UHGV virus genome: UHGV-0038495
Origin: a virus
Direction: 5' to 3' (one strand)
DNA length: 64,000 bases
Shown: one piece after another, positions 16,686 to 26,540 of the stretch
How the letters are laid out: each line of letters starts with the position of its first letter
Position numbering within the stretch: the stretch's first letter is position 1
Position numbers and translations under genes: made by a program
The notes under the pieces: model-generated
What the model saw: only the letters and a program-made list of their open reading frames with translations
What the model was told of the DNA's origin: nothing
Databases searched by the model: none

Positions 16686-17930
16686 ACCGATGGGACTATA
16701 GAAGAGGTAGAAAAAAATAACTGCCTGTATATATCTTTACTGCTAATCCGCAGGGTCGCTATCTACTAGCGGCTAACGGGGAAGGCTGACCGTTACACAT
16801 GTATGTCAAAACATGTTTAGGCGAAGTTAATCCCGTGGGAAAATACTAATAAATATAAGTGCAAAAGGAGAAATGATGATAGGCATATACAAAGTTACTA
16901 ATAAAATTAACAATAAAGTTTATATTGGTCAAAGTATTAATATAGAAAATCGTTTTCAACAGCATAAAAATAATTGTTCAAATGAAAATTTAAAGGATTA
17001 TAATACTAAGTTTTATAGAGCTTTAAGAAAATATGGAGTTGAAAATTTTACTTTTGAAGTATTAGAAGAATTAAGTAAAGAAGAATTAAATGAACGAGAA
17101 AAATATTGGGTATCTTTTTACAATTCTTTTAAAGAAGGATATAATAGTAATGGCGGTGGAGAAAAGGTTACAGAGAGCGGAGAATTACATCCAAATGCTA
17201 AAAACTCAAACGAAACTATTATAGCATTGAAAAAAGAAATAATAGAAGGTAAATTATCTCATGCGCAGCTGGGAGAAAAATATGGAATTAGTTCTTCAGA
17301 AGTTGGCTTAATTAATTTAGGTAAACGTTGGAGCTCAGTGGGTGATTTTACTTATCCATTAAGAAAAGACCCTATTGTAAGAAAAGGCTCTCAAAATGGA
17401 CATTCTGTTTTTTCTGACGAACAAGTAATGGATATAAGAAAAAGATATGTTAATGAAAGCGGAAGAAAAATTTATGAAGATTATAAAAGCATATGTTCTT
17501 ACACAGCTTTGGAAAGAGTTCTGTTAGGTAAGACGTATACATATCTTCCAATTTATAAAAAGAAAGAGCAGCGTTGGATAAATCCAAGTAATTAATTAAT
17601 TTTTTTATTTATTAGTATAATCCTGTATCGACTATTCCGGGTTAGACTGGAAGTAGGGCTATTATTGATACATAGCTAGGTTTTAGGAAACGAAGCCTAT
17701 GAAAACCGAAAAGGATATACTCTTAGGGAGTTGACACCTCCTAGAGTAAGATATAGTCAATACCAACAGAAATGTTGGGTAAATATGAGTAGGTGTAGAT
17801 GGTACGATCCTGAATGAAGTTATAATCCCTAGATGGTGGGGCCTAGTCGCGTGAGCGATTATGGAAAAATTGCGTGAACCTAAGACAAAAGGGTGTATTA
17901 TTAAAAATAATGCTAACGGAGAAGACATCA
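16686..17930 (+). mobile_element. Group I intron 2 in terL with GIY-YIG endonuclease ORF. Boundaries approximate
   Basis: R element atcgactattcc at about 17628; S gagtaagatatagtc at 17747..17761; P9 hairpin accaacagaaatgttggg with GAAA loop. Confidence 0.5.
16873..17595 (+). CDS. GIY-YIG homing endonuclease (intron-encoded)
   Basis: N-terminus IGIYKVTNKINNKVYIGQSINIENRFQQHKNN is the GIY-YIG motif. 240 aa. RBS aaaaggag. Confidence 0.8.
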   Translation: MMIGIYKVTNKINNKVYIGQSINIENRFQQHKNNCSNENLKDYNTKFYRALRKYGVENFTFEVLEELSKEELNEREKYWVSFYNSFKEGYNSNGGGEKVTESGELHPNAKNSNETIIALKKEIIEGKLSHAQLGEKYGISSSEVGLINLGKRWSSVGDFTYPLRKDPIVRKGSQNGHSVFSDEQVMDIRKRYVNESGRKIYEDYKSICSYTALERVLLGKTYTYLPIYKKKEQRWINPSN

Positions 17931-18035
17931 AGAACTCCGTGCCAAGTTTTAAATATATTTAAAGAAGGTGTAGAGATCATGGGTGATGAATGTAGCCCAG
18001 TAGGATGGATTTTGTCACCATCCGGAGCGCGCAAC
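17931..18035 (+). CDS. terL: Large terminase subunit, exon 3 (Walker B DE). Boundaries approximate
   Basis: Open frame encodes KEGVEIMGDECSPVGWILSPSGARNN, which aligns with T4 gp17 [30 protein letters not shown]. Confidence 0.45.
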
Positions 18036-19242
18036 AACTACTAGATAGTTGATGATATGATCCAATAGATGACCATGAACATTGATAGACTTGCAGGAGA
18101 TGGCAAGAGATATGAGAATGAAATGTTAAACAAGAGCCAAATTTACGTTAAATTTTTTGGGCAAAAGGTTACAAATTTATATGTTTTATTTTTATATATA
18201 TAGAAAGCATATTTTTATTTTTTAGACATAGGAGGTCTCTATATGTACTATATATATAAAATTGAAAATCAAGTTAATCACAAAATTTATATTGGTTTAA
18301 CCAATAACATTGCTCGTAGAAGAGCAAGACATTTTACAGATTTAAGATGTAATAAACATGATAACTCTTTTTTACAAAAAGAATTTAATATTTATGGAGA
18401 AGATAATTTTTCTTTTAATATTGAATTTGAAGGAGATGTAACTCCCGAGGAAATTGGTAAAAAAGAACAAGAATATATTAAAAAATATGATAGTTATAGA
18501 AATGGCTATAATCAAAATGAAGGTGGAAATTTTGGACCTAGTAATGGAGGTACTCATTTAACACAATCGGATATTTTTAATATATTATCTGCCTTAGAAT
18601 TTTGTTCTAAACCAGGAGGGGTTTTATCTGAAATGTATGATGTAAGCAGCACTACTATCTCTAGAATAAAAAAAGGAGTAAATCATAATCAATATAAAGA
18701 AGAATATGATAAGCTGCCCCTTGAAGAAAGACAGCGTATATACAAAATTTTTTGTGATAGCACCAACTTTTACAAAAACAAAATAAATACAACAATTATA
18801 AAAAGTAAGAGAAAATTAACAAAAGAACAAGTTTTTATGATTTTGGTTAATTTTGAATATAAAATTATTACACGGGTAAAAATGGCTGAAATAGTTGGTG
18901 TTTATAGCACTTATACATTAGATTGTATAAAAAAAGGATTAACTTATAAAGATTATGCATATGAATATGAACAATTAAGTAATGACCAAAAACAAGAAAT
19001 AGCGTCCTTATTGAGAAATCAATAAGAGTAAATTTTTGAATTGCTGGGAACTCCATATTGAAATGGACAATCAGCAGCTAAGTCTTTTATATTAATAAAA
19101 GAAAAGTCCAACGACTATAATAAGTACATGCAAGCGCATGGAAGCGGAAATCCCCTTTGTGAGGGTGAAGATATAGTCTATTCTATATAGTAATATATAG
19201 CAGTTCATAAGAGAACGTATGTAAAGTAGCGATTTACATAGA
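18036..19242 (+). mobile_element. Group I intron 3 in terL with GIY-YIG endonuclease ORF. Boundaries approximate
   Basis: P element aattgctgggaa at about 19035; Q aatcagcag at about 19068; R ccaacgactat at about 19098; S gaagatatagtc at 19167..19178; P9 hairpin ctatatagtaatatatag; 3' hairpin tgtaaagtagcgatttaca as in intron 1. Confidence 0.55.
18243..19025 (+). CDS. GIY-YIG homing endonuclease (intron-encoded)
   Basis: YYIYKIENQVNHKIYIGLTNNIARRRARH is the GIY-YIG motif. 260 aa. RBS ataggaggt. Confidence 0.8.
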   Translation: MYYIYKIENQVNHKIYIGLTNNIARRRARHFTDLRCNKHDNSFLQKEFNIYGEDNFSFNIEFEGDVTPEEIGKKEQEYIKKYDSYRNGYNQNEGGNFGPSNGGTHLTQSDIFNILSALEFCSKPGGVLSEMYDVSSTTISRIKKGVNHNQYKEEYDKLPLEERQRIYKIFCDSTNFYKNKINTTIIKSKRKLTKEQVFMILVNFEYKIITRVKMAEIVGVYSTYTLDCIKKGLTYKDYAYEYEQLSNDQKQEIASLLRNQ

Positions 19243-20310
19243 ATATTAAGAACAACAGCTGGGTACAAGAATGAATATCCATACAATAAACTCATACAGA
19301 TCTTGGTACGAAGTATCGTACAACCAGATAAGGCTATCGTACTTGGAGGTACATGGCGCTTGCCAGTTCTTGAGGGTCTTCAATCTAGAAACTTTGTTAA
19401 TGATTTAAAGGCAGATGCTACTTTTAATGAAGCTTCATTTGACCGAGAATATGAGAGTCTATGGGGTGGAACTGTAGAGGACGCGTTCTTTAATGCAGAC
19501 GCATTTGATAAAAATCGTATTATTAATACCGCAGAATCTGAAGCAAGCAAGAGAATAGGAAAAGGCGGCTATTATGTTATCTCAGTCGATGTAGGACGAT
19601 TGAATGATTTATCAGATATTACAATTATTAAAGTTAATCCACAAAACTCATTATCTTCATTAAAACAAATAGTAAATCTTTATTCATTAGAAAAAATGCA
19701 TTTTGAAGATCAGGCGATTCAGATAAAGCGTCTTTATTATAAGTATGGCGCGCGGCGCGTGATTATAGATGGAAATGGTTTGGGGCATGGACTTGTGGAC
19801 TATCTCGTAAAAAGTCAGGTGGATCCAAAGACTGGAGAGTATTTTCCGCCATTTGGTGTTTATAATGACCCAGACGGTAATTATAAGCGTTTTAAAACTG
19901 GCGATACAGAAGATAATGTTTTATATATAGTTAAAGCAAATGCGCCTTTTAATACAGAAATGTATACAATCCTACAGGCGCAATTAAATGCAGGTAAGAT
20001 TAAATTCTTAATTGACGAAAGAGTTAAAAAAGAAAAGCTTTTAGCAATGAATCAAACAAAGCGAATGTCACAAGAGGAAAGAGATACTTATTTACGTCCT
20101 TTTACTCTAACTTCTATATTGCGCGAACAGTTATTAAATCTCCGAGAAGAGACCGAAGGTGTTAATATCATACTCAAGCGCGCGAACAAAAATATAAAGA
20201 AAGATAAAGTTTCTTCCCTTGGATATGGGTTATTCTATATAAAGGTAGAAGAAGATGACCCAAGTAGACGCCGGCGCCACAATATTTCAGAATTTTTATT
20301 TATGAACTAA
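19243..20310 (+). CDS. terL: Large terminase subunit, exon 4 (ATPase motif III and RNase H-like nuclease domain). 5' boundary approximate
   Basis: ILRTTAGY aligns with T4 IIITTTPNG. YVISVDVGR and VIIDGNGLG are nuclease acidic motifs. The frame is open from about 19231; the ORF track starts at TTG 19303. Confidence 0.7.
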   Translation: MLRTTAGYKNEYPYNKLIQILVRSIVQPDKAIVLGGTWRLPVLEGLQSRNFVNDLKADATFNEASFDREYESLWGGTVEDAFFNADAFDKNRIINTAESEASKRIGKGGYYVISVDVGRLNDLSDITIIKVNPQNSLSSLKQIVNLYSLEKMHFEDQAIQIKRLYYKYGARRVIIDGNGLGHGLVDYLVKSQVDPKTGEYFPPFGVYNDPDGNYKRFKTGDTEDNVLYIVKANAPFNTEMYTILQAQLNAGKIKFLIDERVKKEKLLAMNQTKRMSQEERDTYLRPFTLTSILREQLLNLREETEGVNIILKRANKNIKKDKVSSLGYGLFYIKVEEDDPSRRRRHNISEFLFMN

Positions 20311-20446
20311 AAAAAATTCTCAAAATTTTGGTCATGTCTTTATAATCGCTTTGTAAGAGTTTTTATAGGTAATAGAAGAGTGAATTTCGATTTTATCTCT
20401 TCTTTACCTCTTGCATTAAGATTGGAGGTGATAGTATGTTGGCATC

Positions 20447-20802
20447 ATTTGGCGAAAGAAAAATCCATGAAATTCTTGAATCTAATGGTATCGTTTTTCA
20501 AGAAGAATATGTGATAGATGGATTATGTTCTGAAAATGGAACGCCACTTCGATTGTCGATTTGATTTTGCAATATTTGATGACGAAGGACATTTATGTTG
20601 TTTGATAGAATATCAAGGAAAACAGCATTATGAACCTTCACAAAAATTTGGTGGAAAACGAGGTTTTTACCAACAACAACATAACGATAATAAGAAAAGA
20701 AGGTTCTGCGCTTTAAATAAAATTAATTTAATTGAGATACCTTATACTGATGAAAATTTAATTTCCTATGATTATATCATGGAGCGCGCAGGACTATTTT
20801 AA
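20447..20802 (+). pseudogene. Free-standing Vsr/DUF559-like homing endonuclease, frameshifted
   Basis: Frame A (ATG 20447) encodes MLASFGERKIHEILESNGIVFQEEY..., resembling the region before the nuclease core of 15683..16411, and stops at 20575. Frame B (20518..20802) carries RFDFAIFDDEGHLCCLIEYQGKQHY...FGG. Confidence 0.55.
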
Positions 20803-20805
20803 GAG

Positions 20806-22437
20806 GTGCAAATAGTGAGACATAGACAAGAAGAAATTCGAGCTAAAGGTTTTGCTTTAACTGAACCAGAACCTACTGGCGCGCCCCTTGATTTTTCAAA
20901 ATTACGTGTTGGTGTCAAAACACTTGAAGATGCTATTGTAGATACAAATCCTTATAAGAGTTTAGGTTCAAGTAAAAAATATGCTGATAAGAATTTTATT
21001 CTTAAATCTTTGACTAATAAAGATTTTGAATCTCTTAGAAGAATTTCAAATTTATTTTTTGATAGTAGCGGTATCTATTCACACGCTTGTAAATATTTAG
21101 CAAGTTTGTATAGATATGATTGGTATTTAGTGCCTTATATAAACGATTCTGATAAAATTAATGAAGATAAGGTTCTAAAGGAATTTGCTAACTTATTAGA
21201 ATTTTTTGATAATTCTCATTTGAAGCTTCAGTGTAATGACTTGGCACTTAAAGTAATTAAAAATGGTTGTTATTATGGGTATATTCTTAAAGCTAATACC
21301 CATTTAAGTATTCAAGAGTTACCTATAGAGTATTGTAGAACTCGATATATGAGAAATTCAATTCCAGTGGTTGAATTTAATATGAGATATTTTGATGATA
21401 ATTTTACTGACATGCAGTATAGGCTGCGCGTTTTGAAAGCATTTCCAGAAGAATTCTCTAAAGCATATGTGATGTATAAGAATGGCAAGTTAAAACCTGA
21501 TTATAGTGGTGATACCTCTGGGTGGTATATGCTTGACCCAGATCTTGCTTTTAAGTTAAATCTTGGTGGCAGTGACATGCCTATTTTAGCCAATGCAATT
21601 CCGGCAATTATTAATTTAGCAGAGGCGCAAGATTTAGATAGAAAGAAAATGATGCAACGTCTTTTAAAGATTATTATTCAAAAATTACCAACTGATAAGA
21701 ATGGTGATTTAATATTTGACGTTGAAGAAGCAAGAGACTTACATAACAATGCAGTTACAATGTTAAGAAATTCAATAGGTGTTGACGTATTAACGACTTT
21801 TGCTGACACTGATGCAATAAATTTATCAGATTCTAATACTGCGACTACATCTGACGACTTGGCAAAGGTGGAGCGTGCAGTATATAATGAGTTCGGTTTT
21901 GCGAAAAATTTATTTAACTCAGATGGCAATATAGCACTTGAAAAGTCTACTTTAGTAGATGAAGCAACTATTCGCACTCTTGTATTAACTTTTCAAGCTT
22001 TCTTTGATAGAATTTTAAAACTTATATCAAGTAAAAATAAGAAATATCATTTTAACTTTAGGATGCTTGAAACAACACAATTTAATTACAAAGAACTGTC
22101 AAAATTATATAAGGACCAAGTACAAATTGGTTATTCTAAGATGTTGCCGCAAATTGCGCTTGGACATTCTCAGAGTGAAATTTTGGCAATGGCAACATTT
22201 GAAAATCAAGTTTTACATCTTTCTGATATTATGATACCACCAATGAGTAGTAACACTATGAGTGGTAAGGTAGAATCTCAAGAAATTAATGCGGCTACCA
22301 AGAAAAATACTTCCCAAACTACTACAAAGAAAACTACTAAAGTGGTAGATTCTGAGGAAAGTAAAGGCGGTCGTCCTGAACTTCCCGATGACCAAAAGTC
22401 AGAAAAGACTATACAAAATCGGGAAGGTATGAGTTAA
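20806..22437 (+). CDS. Portal protein (by position and size)
   Basis: 543 aa directly after terL. GTG start with RBS aagagg. Acidic C-terminal tail. Confidence 0.55.
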   Translation: MQIVRHRQEEIRAKGFALTEPEPTGAPLDFSKLRVGVKTLEDAIVDTNPYKSLGSSKKYADKNFILKSLTNKDFESLRRISNLFFDSSGIYSHACKYLASLYRYDWYLVPYINDSDKINEDKVLKEFANLLEFFDNSHLKLQCNDLALKVIKNGCYYGYILKANTHLSIQELPIEYCRTRYMRNSIPVVEFNMRYFDDNFTDMQYRLRVLKAFPEEFSKAYVMYKNGKLKPDYSGDTSGWYMLDPDLAFKLNLGGSDMPILANAIPAIINLAEAQDLDRKKMMQRLLKIIIQKLPTDKNGDLIFDVEEARDLHNNAVTMLRNSIGVDVLTTFADTDAINLSDSNTATTSDDLAKVERAVYNEFGFAKNLFNSDGNIALEKSTLVDEATIRTLVLTFQAFFDRILKLISSKNKKYHFNFRMLETTQFNYKELSKLYKDQVQIGYSKMLPQIALGHSQSEILAMATFENQVLHLSDIMIPPMSSNTMSGKVESQEINAATKKNTSQTTTKKTTKVVDSEESKGGRPELPDDQKSEKTIQNREGMS

Positions 22438-22449
22438 TAGGAGGATAAG

Positions 22450-23748
22450 ATGCATTTAAGCGTTCCAAAAGATGCTCAATGTGAATTTATCAATCTTGAG
22501 AGTACTCCAAATCCACTGATATCTAAGTGTCAGATTAAAGTTTGTTATGTTTCTGATAAACCTAATCGCAACCGTTCGGTAATTACTAAAGAAGTTGCGC
22601 GCAATGAACTGGCGCCCTCTCTTCGCGGTTGTCCTATTGTAGGAGTTTTTAACGAAACTAATGAAGATTATGAAGAACATAATAAAACTATTAAAATCTC
22701 AAATGGTAAATTTACAATTACAGAAGATACGAAGCCTTATGGCTTTGTTGATATAAATGCTCAGGTTTGGTTTCAGAAATTTATTGATGACAACCAAGTA
22801 GAGCGTGAATATTTAATGACTGAGGGTTATATTTGGACAGGTACATATCCAGAATCTCAAAGAGTTATAGAGCGTGGAAATAATCAGTCTATGGAACTGG
22901 ATGGCGCGACCATGGAAGGACAGTGGGAGAGAGATGCGAATGGAGAGCCGCAATTCTTTATTATAAATAAAGCTATCATTTCTAAACTCTGTATTTTGGG
23001 CGAGGATTTTGAACCATGTTTTGAAGGCGCTCAGATTAAGGCTTCATTCTCATTAGACGAAGGTTTCAAGAAAACTCTTTTCTCTATGGTAGATGAAGTA
23101 AAGAAAATTTTTGGAGAAGGAGGAAACCCAATGGATTCTGAAAAGGATAAGAAGCCGGCTGAAGAATTTAGCCAGATAGAAGATCCTACTCCAGCTGAAG
23201 AGTTTGTAGACCAACCTAAGGAAGAAAAACCTGAACCGGCGCAAGACTTTAAAGCGGAAGATAAGGAAGAAGAAAAACCTGAACCAAAAGAAGAAGAAAA
23301 GAAGGAAGAGTCTGAAAAGAAGGAAGAAGAACCTAAAGAAGAAGAGCCTAAGAAAAAGGAATATTCTTTAGATGAAATTCCAGAATATGTAGAACTTAAT
23401 AATAAGTTCTCTCAGCTTACTACCGATTTTTCTACTCTTGCGGAAGAGGTTAAAGAATTAAGAGATTTTAAGGCTAAGGCTGAAAAAGCTGAAAAACAGA
23501 AGATGATAGACCAATTCTATATGCTTTCTGATGAAGATAAAGCTGATGTAGTCTCTCATATAGATACCTATTCTCTTGAAGAAATAGAATCAAAATTATC
23601 AGTTATCTGTGTTCGTAATAGAGTAGATTTCTCTTTAGATAAAGAAGAAGAACCAGCAGATAAACTTACATATAGTCTTACAGAAGAATCAACTGATAAT
23701 GTTCCAGAGTGGATTAAAGCTGTAAGAGAAACAGAAAAGAATTTATAA
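22450..23748 (+). CDS. Scaffolding protein (possibly with an N-terminal protease-like domain)
   Basis: 432 aa. Long KE-rich low-complexity segment (EEKPEPKEEEKKEESEKKEEEPKEEEPKKKE) and predicted coiled coil. Lies between the portal and capsid genes. Confidence 0.5.
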   Translation: MHLSVPKDAQCEFINLESTPNPLISKCQIKVCYVSDKPNRNRSVITKEVARNELAPSLRGCPIVGVFNETNEDYEEHNKTIKISNGKFTITEDTKPYGFVDINAQVWFQKFIDDNQVEREYLMTEGYIWTGTYPESQRVIERGNNQSMELDGATMEGQWERDANGEPQFFIINKAIISKLCILGEDFEPCFEGAQIKASFSLDEGFKKTLFSMVDEVKKIFGEGGNPMDSEKDKKPAEEFSQIEDPTPAEEFVDQPKEEKPEPAQDFKAEDKEEEKPEPKEEEKKEESEKKEEEPKEEEPKKKEYSLDEIPEYVELNNKFSQLTTDFSTLAEEVKELRDFKAKAEKAEKQKMIDQFYMLSDEDKADVVSHIDTYSLEEIESKLSVICVRNRVDFSLDKEEEPADKLTYSLTEESTDNVPEWIKAVRETEKNL

Positions 23749-23763
23749 TAGGAGGAAGTTTTA

Positions 23764-24372
23764 ATGGCTACTATGGTAAGCAATGCTGACAAGACATTTA
23801 AAGTAACTGTCGGCAATACAAAGGGCGTAAGCTCAAGCCAGGCTGCTGGCGTATCATATGGTTATGCTCAGGTTGAGCCTAATCATCTTTCAGCTCAGAG
23901 AACTGGCGCAATTTATGCACAGCTCCCATGCAAGAGCGATATTGAAGTTCTTGAAAATGGTCAGTTTGTAAAGTATGATTATCCGGAAGGTGTTGTAGAC
24001 TTTACTGGTAAGGGCGAATGGATGCTCGTTTTTAATGAAGTAAAGGTATATTATGATAGAGATACAGACGCTGATTTTGCAATGAAGAAGTCTAATTATA
24101 TTGCAAGAGTCTATGGCGCTGATAATTCTTTTATGCCAGAAAATACTAATATGGTTCCGAGAGTATTTAAGACTGATATTGGTGATATTTTCACTACTAA
24201 TGCGGTTCAGAATAAGATTGAGGAACTTAAAAAGGGTGATACTCTTACAGTTGGCGAAGATGGTTTCCTTAAAAAGACAGAGGGCGCTTCTGAGGGTATG
24301 ATTTGGCAGGTTGCTAAGATTTATACTCTTAGTGATTTACAGCCGGCAGTTAAGGTTCAGAGAATTCAGTAA
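23764..24372 (+). CDS. Head protein (decoration or auxiliary capsid protein?)
   Basis: 202 aa between scaffold and major capsid protein. RBS taggagg. Confidence 0.35.
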   Translation: MATMVSNADKTFKVTVGNTKGVSSSQAAGVSYGYAQVEPNHLSAQRTGAIYAQLPCKSDIEVLENGQFVKYDYPEGVVDFTGKGEWMLVFNEVKVYYDRDTDADFAMKKSNYIARVYGADNSFMPENTNMVPRVFKTDIGDIFTTNAVQNKIEELKKGDTLTVGEDGFLKKTEGASEGMIWQVAKIYTLSDLQPAVKVQRIQ

Positions 24373-24391
24373 GGGAAAGGAGGAGATATAA

Positions 24392-25438
24392 ATGGCTATG
24401 GAATATAAAGATTTACTTGCCCTTATGAAGGCAACAGCAAAAGCAGCACCAAGCGCGCCTGTTAATTTTAGTTATGAAGGAAAGCCACAGACTTTCTCTT
24501 ATGAGGCTATGAACGAAACTCTGAGAAAGGAACTTAATGAGTATGTAGGTACTTATGCTCTTTATAGAGAAAATAAGAATATGCTCTTCTCGCTTATTGA
24601 AGAGACTATGGATGACCTGCTTCCTAAGAGAGTTCTTGAACAGTATGGTCAGTTTGCAGACGTTAGGACTTTCGCGCAAGGTACTAAGCCAATCTTTAAG
24701 CATAAGACTGGTAGAATGAGAGCTAAGCAGTTTATTACTAGAGTTGGACTCGCAGGTATCTATGAAGTATTCAAGCTTGGTCAGGAAAACTTTGAAGTAC
24801 AGACAAGTGCAATCGGCGGAGCTGCTCAAATAGGTCTGGAAGAGTTCCTTGACGGTAGAGTAGACTTCTCAGAACTTACTCAGATTGTAATGGACGGTAT
24901 GGATGAGCTTGTTTATAGAGAAATTGCTAAGGCTCTTACTTCTTCTATTGCACAACTTCCAGCTGCAAATAGAGTTTCAGCAACCGGTTTTGATGAAGTT
25001 GAATTTGATAGACTGATTGCTACTGCTTCAGCATATGGCGCTCCTGCAATTTATTGTACTTATGAATTCGCTGTTAAGATGATGCCATCTGCAACTACTT
25101 GGGTTTCAGATAATATGAGAGACGAAGTATGGAGAAATGGTTACTTTACTCGTTATAAGGGTAATATTCCAGTAATAATTCTTCCACAGTCTTTCGAGGA
25201 TGAAACTAATGCAACTAAGGTTATAGACCCAGGCTATTGTTGGATTATTCCAGGTGGCACTGATTCCAAGCCAGTTAAGGTTGCATTTGAGGGTAATACT
25301 ATTGTTGATGAATTTGCTCATTATGATAGATCAAGAGATATTCAGGTTTACAAGAAGGTTGGTGTTGTAGTAATGATGACTAACAACATCTGCTCTTATG
25401 TAGATACTGCACTTGCAGGTAAACTTGCAAACGAATAA
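24392..25438 (+). CDS. Major capsid protein (putative)
   Basis: 348 aa. Strong RBS aaaggaggag. Follows the scaffold gene and is followed by a GGAGGGG hairpin. Confidence 0.55.
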   Translation: MAMEYKDLLALMKATAKAAPSAPVNFSYEGKPQTFSYEAMNETLRKELNEYVGTYALYRENKNMLFSLIEETMDDLLPKRVLEQYGQFADVRTFAQGTKPIFKHKTGRMRAKQFITRVGLAGIYEVFKLGQENFEVQTSAIGGAAQIGLEEFLDGRVDFSELTQIVMDGMDELVYREIAKALTSSIAQLPAANRVSATGFDEVEFDRLIATASAYGAPAIYCTYEFAVKMMPSATTWVSDNMRDEVWRNGYFTRYKGNIPVIILPQSFEDETNATKVIDPGYCWIIPGGTDSKPVKVAFEGNTIVDEFAHYDRSRDIQVYKKVGVVVMMTNNICSYVDTALAGKLANE

Positions 25439-25448
25439 TATAGATTAG

Positions 25449-25480
25449 TTGGAGGGGTTATTCCCCTCCAATTTATAAAG
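25449..25480 (+). terminator. GGAGGGG...CCCCTCC hairpin after the capsid gene (attenuator or terminator)
   Basis: ttggaggggttattcccctccaa, a 9-bp GC-rich stem. Downstream tract is only moderately T-rich. Confidence 0.4.
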
Positions 25481-25499
25481 GAGATAAAGGAGTTAAGTT

Positions 25500-26051
25500 A
25501 TGGCAAAAGTAAAAAATCGTAGCAATGGAAAAGCTGTTTATACTATTCCAGAATTAGGCGATAAAAGAAATATAAGACGAGAATTTGCGCCACATGAAAT
25601 TAAAGAAATTCCAGCAGAAGAACTTGAAGCGCTGACTTATATCGGTGGTGGTGAGCAAATTTTAAAGAATTATTTACAGATTCTTGACAAAGAAGCAATA
25701 GCTAAGGTAAATTTAGAAGTTGAACCAGAATATGCTATGTCTGAGGAAGATGTTAAGAAACTTATGAGAGAAGGTACATTAGATGCTTTTAAGGATTGTC
25801 TTGATTTTGCTCCACAGGCAATTAAAGATATGATAAAAGATTATGCTGTTTCTCTTCCGTTAAATGATTCTGCTAAAAGAGATGCTATTAAAGAAATCTT
25901 AAAGTTTGATGTCGATAGAGCTATCTTAAATAAAAAAGCTTCAGAAGAAACAGATGCTCCAAAAGCAGAAGAAAAAACTCGTAGAGTTGAACCGGCAGCT
26001 TCTACTAACGGACGCAGAACTGCGGCACCAAAATACGAGATTATTGACTAA
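25500..26051 (+). CDS. Structural or morphogenesis protein
   Basis: 183 aa. RBS aaaggag. Position within the structural operon. Confidence 0.4.
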   Translation: MAKVKNRSNGKAVYTIPELGDKRNIRREFAPHEIKEIPAEELEALTYIGGGEQILKNYLQILDKEAIAKVNLEVEPEYAMSEEDVKKLMREGTLDAFKDCLDFAPQAIKDMIKDYAVSLPLNDSAKRDAIKEILKFDVDRAILNKKASEETDAPKAEEKTRRVEPAASTNGRRTAAPKYEIID

Positions 26052-26069
26052 TAGATAGAAAGGAGACAT

Positions 26070-26540
26070 ATGACTTCTTTCGATGTAATTTACGACCGTT
26101 TCCTTGGAAAAATCACTGATGACATGTATCAAGAGTGGACAAAAGAAGAAACGATAGAGGATTGCAGAAATATTTTAGCTGATGCAATTCCTTATTTTGA
26201 ATTTCCTCGATTCGCGATTTATGATTACAATGAAACTGGGTTCACCGCCGATTTAACCCAAGAGGAAATAAATATTCTTGCGATTTTAATGATGCGCGCT
26301 TGGGTTCAGCGTCAAATAACTAGCATTGAGAATACTCGTATGAAGTACTCGAACGCTGATTTTAAAATGACAAGTCAAGCGAACCATTTAGCTAAGTTAA
26401 TTTCCCTTAAAGATAATATTTCGACTGAAGAGCGCCATATGCAGCGTCTTTATAGGCGCCGCCGTAGAAAAGAAAAAGATGGTAGTATGGAATCAAATTG
26501 GTCAGTTCTTATAGAAAAGAGTGCGTTACGTGACGACTAA
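26070..26540 (+). CDS. Head-tail connector or head completion protein (putative)
   Basis: 156 aa. RBS aaaggag. Position after the capsid gene. Confidence 0.35.
   Translation: MTSFDVIYDRFLGKITDDMYQEWTKEETIEDCRNILADAIPYFEFPRFAIYDYNETGFTADLTQEEINILAILMMRAWVQRQITSIENTRMKYSNADFKMTSQANHLAKLISLKDNISTEERHMQRLYRRRRRKEKDGSMESNWSVLIEKSALRDD

Noticed and set aside
16686-16770. Continuation of terL exon 2 as TDGTIEEVEKNNCLYISLLLIRRVAIY (Walker B in exon 2)
   Set aside because: The canonical DEC plus SPVGW...SGAR segment, which aligns with T4 gp17 [10 protein letters not shown]...ISSGRRSK, lies in the separate open frame at 17931-18035. The exon 2 tail becomes hydrophobic nonsense that overlaps structured intron sequence, so it is treated as intron read-through.
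17683-18037. Minus-strand ORFs 17683..17931 and 17843..18037 in the terL intron 2/exon 3 region
   Set aside because: They overlap the structured 3' core of a group I intron and terL exon 3 on the opposite strand. No RBS.
21678-25321. Antisense ORFs within the portal, scaffold and capsid genes (21678, 22213, 22456, 23053, 23568, 24101, 24413, 25106)
   Set aside because: They are embedded in better-supported structural genes and show no independent signals.
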